64,000 nt of DNA from Nemertoderma westbladi (lineage: Eukaryota > Animalia > Xenacoelomorpha), in assembly GCA_032718475.1 (NCBI GenBank), contig JAUCBJ010000174.1, positions 90,706 through 154,705 of the forward strand, read 5' to 3'. Made by a program: the position numbers and the translations under genes. The notes below the pieces were generated by a model. The model had not been told where the DNA came from and did not search any database. It saw only the letters and a list, made by a program, of their open reading frames with translations. Positions 1 to 8,331 of this stretch are shown one piece after another. Position 1 is the first letter of the stretch. Each line of letters starts with the position of its first letter.

Positions 1-790
1 CTGGCCAACAGCAGTTATTACGAGCCTGAATAAGGACTCCGAAAGTCTGCTGCTTGTGTCAGGGATTTGCGACGGGAACCGACGACAGACCCCTAGCCAA
101 GCCGTACTGCTTTCCTGATGACCGATCCCTTCGGGGTTCGGGAAGGGTGGGACGGACACGCAAACGGGTCGACCGACTAACGGAGGAAGGGTTCGATGAG
201 GACTGCCTTCCTGGAGTGGGTTCCACGACCGGCGTTAGTACGAGCCTGAATAAGGACTCAGAAAACCACCAACCGTTGGGGCTCATGACAGGCTGACAGA
301 CCCCTTGCCAAGCCGTACCGCTTTCCTGATGACCAATCCCTTCAGTGTTCGGGAACGGTGTGACGGACACGCAACGGGGTCGAAAGACAAAGGACTGGAC
401 TCTACTGGCCTACCTACTGTTCAGAGCAGCTTCTCGGCTGCCGAAGCGACTACGAGCCTGAATAAGGACTCGGAAAGCCTAGGTGGTTGGGTCCCTGCGA
501 TGAACTGACGGACCCCTAGCCAAGCCGTACCACTTTCCTGATGACCGATCCCTTCGGGGTTCGGGAAGGGTGGGACGGACACGCAAACGGGTCCACCGAC
601 ACAACAGACCCCTAGCCAAGCCATACCGCTTTCCTGATGACCGATCCCTTCGGGGTTCGGGAAGGGTGGGACAGACACGCAACCGGGTCTACCGACTGGA
701 CCAACCCTTAGCCAAGCCGTACCGCTTTCCTGATGACCGATCCCTTCGGGGTTCGGGAAGGGTGGGACGGACACGCAACAGGGTCGACCG
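1..790 (+). repeat. Higher-order tandem array of two structured modules: 83-nt module A x5 and 21-nt core module B x3
   Basis: Module A (GACCC...CTGATGACCGATCCCTTCGGGGTTCGG...GGGTC) at 88-170, 299-381, 511-593, 607-689 and 703-785. Module B (TACGAGCCTGAATAAGGACTC) at 19-39, 239-259 and 451-471. The array may continue left of the window. Confidence 0.9.
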
Positions 791-1069
791 ACACCGACAC
801 TACGGTACCGAGACTAGGACCGAGGGAAAATTGGGGAACATTAGTTAGGTTAAAATCTGAGCGAACAGTGGGTAATCAAATAATGTACTGTAGGGATTTA
901 TATTGTCGTGTTATATTATTGTGAATATTTGGTGTATATTGGTTTGGGGAAGCCCAACTTATTCTCAATCAAGATTCAACCATAGGGAAGTTACATTAAA
1001 GAGTATATCCAACCAATGAAACTTTTCTCAACCGCAATCTTGCATTTAAGAACGTATTCCTTCTCCACT

Positions 1070-2055
1070 ACCAATATCCGGTGACTGGCCGGAATTCCGT
1101 GGTCTGAAAAGTTCCGCCTCCAGCATCGGCGTTTTCCCCCATGGTGTTGGGAATAACGGCAACACCTGCAGTCTGCCTGTGTTCCTCCGGATCAAAGTTT
1201 AATCTTCTCGAATATTCCGAGAACTCCTCCCAGTGACTACCATATTGTCAATCGGCAGTTGCAATTGTGCGGATCCGCCCATCCCAATAATTTAATCCCC
1301 TGTGCATCCACTAGATAAGGCCCTACGTACACTATGCTAGGTGGCATTACCTTGGATCGCCACAATTCCAACAGTTCTGTAGCGACCCCCCTCGCCCTCT
1401 CACTTGCTAGTTCCCCCTGCCCAAATTGGACTAGGTTGTGGAAATGTTTGTTGCACTCACCTAGCCTCCGGTACAACTTGGGCTGGTCTACCTTTCCTCC
1501 AGTTTTTGCGTCCTTTAGCAACTTCCTCGTGGTGTTGTACCCTTGTCGTAGACGATCGCTCGTCCTGACGTCATCCTCCTGGACTTGACCTTCTCTCCTC
1601 GTCCAGCGCCATACAGTCAGCCCCACTGTTGCCGTTCCGGTGGGCCGCTCGCCGCCCTCAGCCACTGGTTGGCCGGCAACACCGGTACTTCATTCACCGC
1701 TGTGATCTCTCGCCGACTCGTGTCCCTCTTCCCTTCGTACTCTGCCGCTGTCCTCTTCTCTAACCACCGAATTCTCTCTCCTCTGCGAATCCGGTGTAGC
1801 GGGCCAGTACCGCCTCGTCTCCGCTTCCCGAATCATTTGGTCTCTGTCGCTTGGGGTTTGCGGCAGACTCGCGTGGTGCGTCGTCACAGTTTATTTTCTT
1901 TTTAATGGGTGTTGACCTGGTTTTTAACTGTGAAGGGATTCACGAATTGGCGAGGGAATCCCAACCGGATGTGTTTGCTTTCGGGCTATACACGTCGCCG
2001 CGTCCATAGGCTGCTGAAAGGCTGGCAATGTCTGAGTTCTAAGGCTGAAGGCCAT
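1070..2055 (-). pseudogene. Degenerate ORF of unknown function, probably a mobile-element accessory gene
   Basis: ORFs 1690-1887 and 1237-1665 are in the same frame, separated by one TGA. Coding-like sequence continues past a frameshift near 1240 (SHWEEFSEYSRRL...) and upstream to an ATG near 2055. No domain recognised. Confidence 0.4.
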
Positions 2056-3368
2056 TTGAATAACTGAGTTTTAGTAGCAGTTGTTCGTAATGTCAGAATA
2101 TAATAATAGCACAATCAGAATGTAATAAATACCATGGTAAATGACGACGGTTAAAAACCATTCCAGTCTCACAACTCTACACATACCAACTGATATATAC
2201 AATTAATATGGTAAAGGTTATATTGGAGGTACACACAATAAACTTCTACCTATATTGGCCTAGCCGGCGGATGCACACCAATCAAGTGGCTTTCTGCCCC
2301 ATGATTGGCTACTTTCCTATTTCCTAGTGCCAATCCCCTTTCTCTCCTGTTCACGGTATGTGATATTATTGCTAATATCACATACCCGAGGATAATTGGT
2401 AAAATGCCACTTTCCCCATTTTCCGCTGGGTGGTGCAGGGAATTGAATCCGCTTACATATATACCCCCTATCCCTACGAAATTTCTATAAAACTCAATAG
2501 TGTGTATCAACACTACAAGACGATTGGTGAACTTGTACGTAATTTTAAGGAATAGTTTTGATGCACGCGTCAACTTCGAATTGAAATCTTATATTTATTA
2601 TTAGATTACTATTCAATATTTACGTGTATAGTATTTTATGTTTAATCTGTATCATACACCACCACTAATATTGTTTACACAATGTCCAGCACCGACTGGC
2701 GTCGTACTAGACTCTCATTGGCTGTTACTCTTTGTGCTATTCTTACACTATTCTTACACCTAATTTGCTGTACTCCTTGAACACACTCCGTGTTTCGTGT
2801 ATTAGCAGGCCTAACCATACCATCTGAGGCTTGTAAGGTTTTAGGTTTGTATTAGTTAATACGGATCTATAAGTTCTTACCTTGTTGCATACACATTATC
2901 TTGTTTATACATTGTACTTGTTATATCGTTATATTATAGTTACTATTATTGCATGTATTGTTCAAAGAATATACGAGACTCAGGATCATACTACTTTGCT
3001 TTCCATCTGGTAAGTGCTAACTGTAACCTGTCTGCAATAGATTCGGTTAAACCATTGCGAGTGTATGTTGTCCGCAATACTGCAATATTATTCCCCAACT
3101 TGCAACTGTAATATATTTTCATACAACGAGTAAGTTGTGCGCTTACCACGCACTAGATCCTATATAACGTCCTACCCGTAATCCACATTAATTTGTACAT
3201 ACAGTTGTTCACAGACAGCACAACATAATGGAACAGTTTACACGTACATAATACATTATCCCCTTGAAGTAGTTTCTAATGCCGCAACTCATATACCTTA
3301 AGTAATTGATTATACATTTTGACTAGATATACATATTAAATAATATATGTATAAACACACACGTGAGC

Positions 3369-4599
3369 TGTACGCGCTTTTGAAGACCTTTAGCAGTTTA
3401 ACCTGCCAAAATTTATATGTCTTTTGGTTTATAAATAGACTTTAGTAAATGACAAGTATTTAATACCAATAAACACAACATTAGCCGAAGCCAGCCTAGT
3501 GCGCGTCCATTCACCCGCTGGATATACCCGGGAGACTGGATTCGGAGGGCTTAGATTTTATTATTGCAGTGTAAGCTTACTGTATTATTCGATTGATCGT
3601 TAATAAGTAATTTCTGACGAGTATTATTCACTTTCGGGAAATATTAACAGTTCCTTTAGGACGTGGCGCTCTATCTAGGTAAACAGAGATATGACTTATA
3701 CTAAACACAACTGTAAGACTGTAAGGCTTATGATTCACGTATGAGGCGCATTCTTTAGGAAATGCTTAGTTATCAGCCACAATCATGCACACTACCGGTA
3801 ACACACAATACGACACAATAATCTGCCGACCGTCAATGAATTTTATCATATATAAAGAGAACAGCAATTGACTCATGTAGTGCCTATCAAATAGCATTAA
3901 ACTCACTACAAACCACGATAATATAAGTCGCAATCGCTATATGTAACCTGTCTCTCTAACCTGTAGTGTATCAAGAAAATTGGGAAATTTGGGTTCTTTA
4001 TAGATGTTCTCCAAATAATATTCAACCAACTGATACAATAATAACAACAGTAAAAGCATTAAGACGGTAGGTTAAGATATGATATGATTGTTTGGTTAGT
4101 TGATAATTATGGCGAGATAACAGTTATACGTTCTATAATCTAAGCCTACTAATGTTTCTTCTAAAGTCTGAAAACAATTGACTCTAGAGCCGGTGTTCTT
4201 GGCCTAGATAGAAACAACACAACAGTAACAAAAACACTCTCTGACTCTAACACCGTTGCAGGTATCTTTTTACACAGAGAGGAATAGCTCTCATTGGCAG
4301 AACACCAGATTCCACAGGTTCCACGAATATCTAAATGCCGAACTATCAGGATTTTTGCAGCCCTTGGCCAACACACAAAATGAGTCACTCCGCTCGGTTG
4401 CCCTGGTTGCATACTCTGCTGCTATAGCTCTGGTTGGCCGATAGAACATAGCAAAGAGCCCCTCGTATAACAAATCAGCCAATCAGCCGGTCGCTTTGCA
4501 TCATTCGAGTTAGAGAGCTTTTTAGAGTATTCCAGCGCCTGGGGGGGGAACTGGATTGCAAAGCAAAAGGGCCAGTTACATCCCACAAAAGCTTTTACA
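3369..4599 (-). repeat. 3' LTR of the BEL/Pao element
   Basis: Direct repeat of 13317-14546 with only about 6 differences visible. Confidence 0.95.
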
Positions 4600-4677
4600 C
4601 CGCTCCCAGAAAATGGGATTTGAGTCTATAAATATACAAAAATCACAGTTTCTAATATACGTAAATACTCTAAACAG

Positions 4678-6486
4678 TTAGTCTTTCTTGCGCGAACGGC
4701 GTTTACGCAGTGTTTTAAAGCTGGCCAGAGTCTTTTTCTCTTTGGGGCGAGCCACTTTACAAGGAGGGCTATAACTCCTGGGTGAAGGGTGCAATATGAT
4801 TGCATCAGAGGGTGCAGGATTAGGGTCGGTGTATCCGCCGGTCGAAGTGCCGGGTTGGTTGACATCAATGTCGGGGGAGAGGGGTCTAACAGCCTTTAGA
4901 GCGCGTTTTAGGACGGCCGCTCTTACGGGTCCTTTACGAGTGGTCTGAACGAGAGCCGTGGTTGGACCATAGGCAGTCAGAAACTTCCTGGGTTTAATGG
5001 TTCTTTCCAACTCGCGTTCGCGGGCTCGGTATTTGTAAGGCCGTCGATATACTTCCTGTAACTCGGGGTGTGAGTTAACAAATAAGTCTCCATAGCTCGG
5101 ATCCTGACGGATAAAATTGATTAAGTTATAGGAGTGAATGTCGCTAGGATTAATACTCCTGAGAAATTTGCGTACGAACTTGGTTGAAATACATTCTCCG
5201 ACGCGCTTCAGTAGTTCGTAACTCGATATGCGTGATTTCTGTTCGACAGAAGCGAATAGATAAGGATGGAATGCATAAACTCCTTCGTAAGCGAGTCCAG
5301 GATAATAGCGATGGCGCGAATCACAATGTAAATCAGCGTTCGCTTCCCAAGCTCTGATGTAACGTAGTGTAATCATTTCATCTACGCTTTCCAAATCGTG
5401 ATTAAAAGGGCAATCGAAACTGGCGTGTCCCTTTAGTTGACAATGGTGACATTGAGTCATAAATTGAGGGCAAACCGCAAAAATGTGCAAGTTATTGAGT
5501 CTGCAATATGCACAATAAATTTCCATCGCCGGTTTTTCGTGGAAATAGGAACAGCGAATATAGTTCGGGAGGATCAGTGATACTGCCAGGACCAAGAGTC
5601 CGAGGTCTCACTGGGGAATGAGGAGGCCTGACCGAGTATTCCGGAACTCTGATCATGGGTTTATTTAGTGATCGTTTAAGACGAGCGATCGTAGGTGATA
5701 CGTCGAACAGGTTTCACTCGAAACTCCCGTAAGTATAACGCGTAAAACTGTGTTTAGCGCAACGTCTCCGCGGATGTTTATGTCTTTCAGTTTGTTGGTT
5801 GGGTCTAGGGCACTCGTCACAACAATACCAAAGACGTACGTCCTGTAGAGGAAACGCGGGTGATCGTTCTCCAGCTCCGCAATATTCTTCCATTTGTTCA
5901 AAACTATCCGGGATAACAGGTAGTGGACGAGCGGCGGTAAGATACATCATAGTGAAGTAGAGCCGTTTGAGTTCTACCATAGGGTCATGATGTATACCTT
6001 GAGGATATCGAGTCTCTAGGTTCTGCGGACTGGCGATGTTGAGTTAAGTTTCTCTCAAAATTCTAGGTAGTCGTTGAAGTCGATGCGTTTATCCGGTTCT
6101 TCAACGTTTTCTCTTTACAGTCTGTTACGAATAGAATTTTCGTGTTCTATTCTCGGTTTATCGTTACGACTCCGCTGGGTATGATATTTAAATAGAACCA
6201 TTTCCCTTTCGGTGTCTACATCGTCCGTATCATGTAAATCGATAGGATGGCCAGTAGTTAAGAAGTCCATATACGTACCATTACGATGCGTATAGCGAGC
6301 GGTGAATTTTCGATAGTCCAATTCACGCGTAAGTTGCTCTTGGGACATCGGCAGTTCGATATAACGACCATCGTCCTCCGTAATGGTTGGATCGGCTTCA
6401 CCGCGTATCAAGCTATCCACAAATGCTTGTAAAGGTAAAGTATATCGCTCCCTGATACCAAGATCATCTTCTATCAACTCCGTCAT
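4678..6486 (-). pseudogene. Accessory ORF of the BEL element: CCHC zinc knuckles plus basic RS/P-rich tail, possibly with a degenerate exonuclease-like N-terminal half
   Basis: Fragments 6115-6486, 5714-5980, 5665-5901 and 4678-5595 are broken by stops and frameshifts. Knuckles CAYCRLNNLHIFAVC and CHHCQLKGHASFDC. Aligns by eye with ORF 40610-41569. Confidence 0.75.
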
Positions 6487-8331
6487 ATCTGCTATCTGAG
6501 TTTATTAATATTGTAATGAGTTTATGTTTAGGCGAGCGGGCGTCGCTGCCTACCTCTCTTTGCCCCCGGACAGTGGGATTCTCAGCGCCGATGTACCGTC
6601 GTCGCGGTGTTTACGCCAACATGTAGCAACAGCACGACAACGATAACCGGCACAAGTCCCTCCACTGTCCGTCCCAAAGGCTTGATTCACTTTAGGTTCT
6701 TTCTATAATAGAGTTAGGGCTACTTTCACAATTGCGACTAGCTACTGTAAACACACCTTAGCAGTAACATTCACCTACAAACGCACAAATTCCACACAAC
6801 TGTCACCAATTGTACACATACGGGCCATTTGTCCGTTAGTCAGTGCCTTCCAGAATGTCACGTTATTATTGTGTATCCTTGGATACTAACAGTGTGCTAT
6901 GTATTCTCTATGCTATGCAATGGGACAAGCTTTCTATTGTTCTTTTAACTTGCTTCTAATTCTAGCGTGGGTGTTGCTATGGTGACATTATGGAATGCTA
7001 GCGGTAGAATTAGGGTAATTCTCATGCATACAGATCTGGAATGCTATTTAATAGTAATTCTTTAATTGTCAATATCCTCTTTATGCATGATTTTATTAAT
7101 TTTATCGGCTATTGACTATATATTGGAGATTCTCGCACTCTAATACACTCAATAGGATGAATCTCCGCTCCCATGATCTATTAATTAATGGAATTTTGGG
7201 AAGGTTATAAATTGCACAAAATGACAATTTATGAAATTCATTTAAAATATGAATTTAAATTTATTCCCGTGAATTTTATTATTTGATGTTAAAATTGACA
7301 CAATTTTTATTCCAGAGCATGTCTGGGGACTGAGGATCCTTAATTCTATAAAATTGTCCTTTAAGAGTATCGGTAAGTGCTACGATATCTTAATCGACTA
7401 GAATTGTTAAAGGATCTGAATTTTACAGATTTTGATTTATAGATTTATAAATATTAAATAATTAATATTTGAGATGGGCACCAATTTATTCCAGAACTTG
7501 TCTGGGGACGTTAACCACTGATTCTAGAATTTGTCTTTCAAGTATATCGGTGGGTGCCGCGATATCTTAATCGACTAGAATTACAGATGGTCAAAAGGTT
7601 TAACAGATTTATTTGCGTTTTTACACTACTGTTAGAGGGACATCACGCTACCATATGTATTATTTAATATAAGGTAGAAGAGCAATATCGCACGAAGCAA
7701 TGTCAGTGTGAAGAGGCAAGTCGTTTCCAAGGTCTACCCAGAGCTTGGTTTAGCCGAGACACGAGGATCTGAACTTTGCATTCCTAATACTCTGCCTACC
7801 AATAATACTTGAATATAGTAGTGGCTTTATTGTACTTTAATAAGTACGGACATTCCATCTTACTGTAGTCACGTATTTATAATATGATACGGACAGTAAG
7901 GAAAGAGAAAAAATAATTATTTCTCGCCGTCGCACTAAATATATATTATAAGTAATTACGTACGTAATAAACACTAATATATTGCACTAATCTACTAAAT
8001 AATCACTAAAATAACATTCTACTAAATAAAATTAAAGAAAACGATTATAATAAAATTACATAATAATACATACATAAATATAAAATTAAAACAAATATAA
8101 AATGATATAGTCACACGCCCACTCCATATGTTATTACGTTATGGAGTCCCTAGATATTTGTCGGATTAGGGAAGTGGTCGTAGGAAGAGTATCTTGCCTT
8201 CCATAGTTTCCGGACAGTTTTCGGTCTCTTTCCCGTAAACATAAACGACTAGCTGGGCGATTGAGTTTTTGTGTTACTTTCTCCGCTCCCTTGGCCTGTC
8301 TAATCTCCGCCGTGGTAAGATGAGGAGGCCG

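Noticed and set aside
110-150. Hammerhead ribozyme in module A (CTGATGA-stem-GAA)
   Set aside because: It has GAAG rather than GAAA, and I find no stem I or NUH cleavage site in the right geometry.
1-790. CRISPR array, or protein-coding ORFs within the repeat
   Set aside because: The context is eukaryotic, the repeats are 83 nt with irregular spacers, and there are no cas genes. The ORFs are by-products of GC-rich repeats.
2580-3030. Possible plus-strand LTR followed by a TGGT PBS
   Set aside because: There is no second copy, TSD or linked gag in the window to support the boundaries.
4161-4482. Duplicated short ORFs (also 14107-14428)
   Set aside because: They lie inside the LTRs, so the duplication reflects LTR identity. 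No domain recognised.
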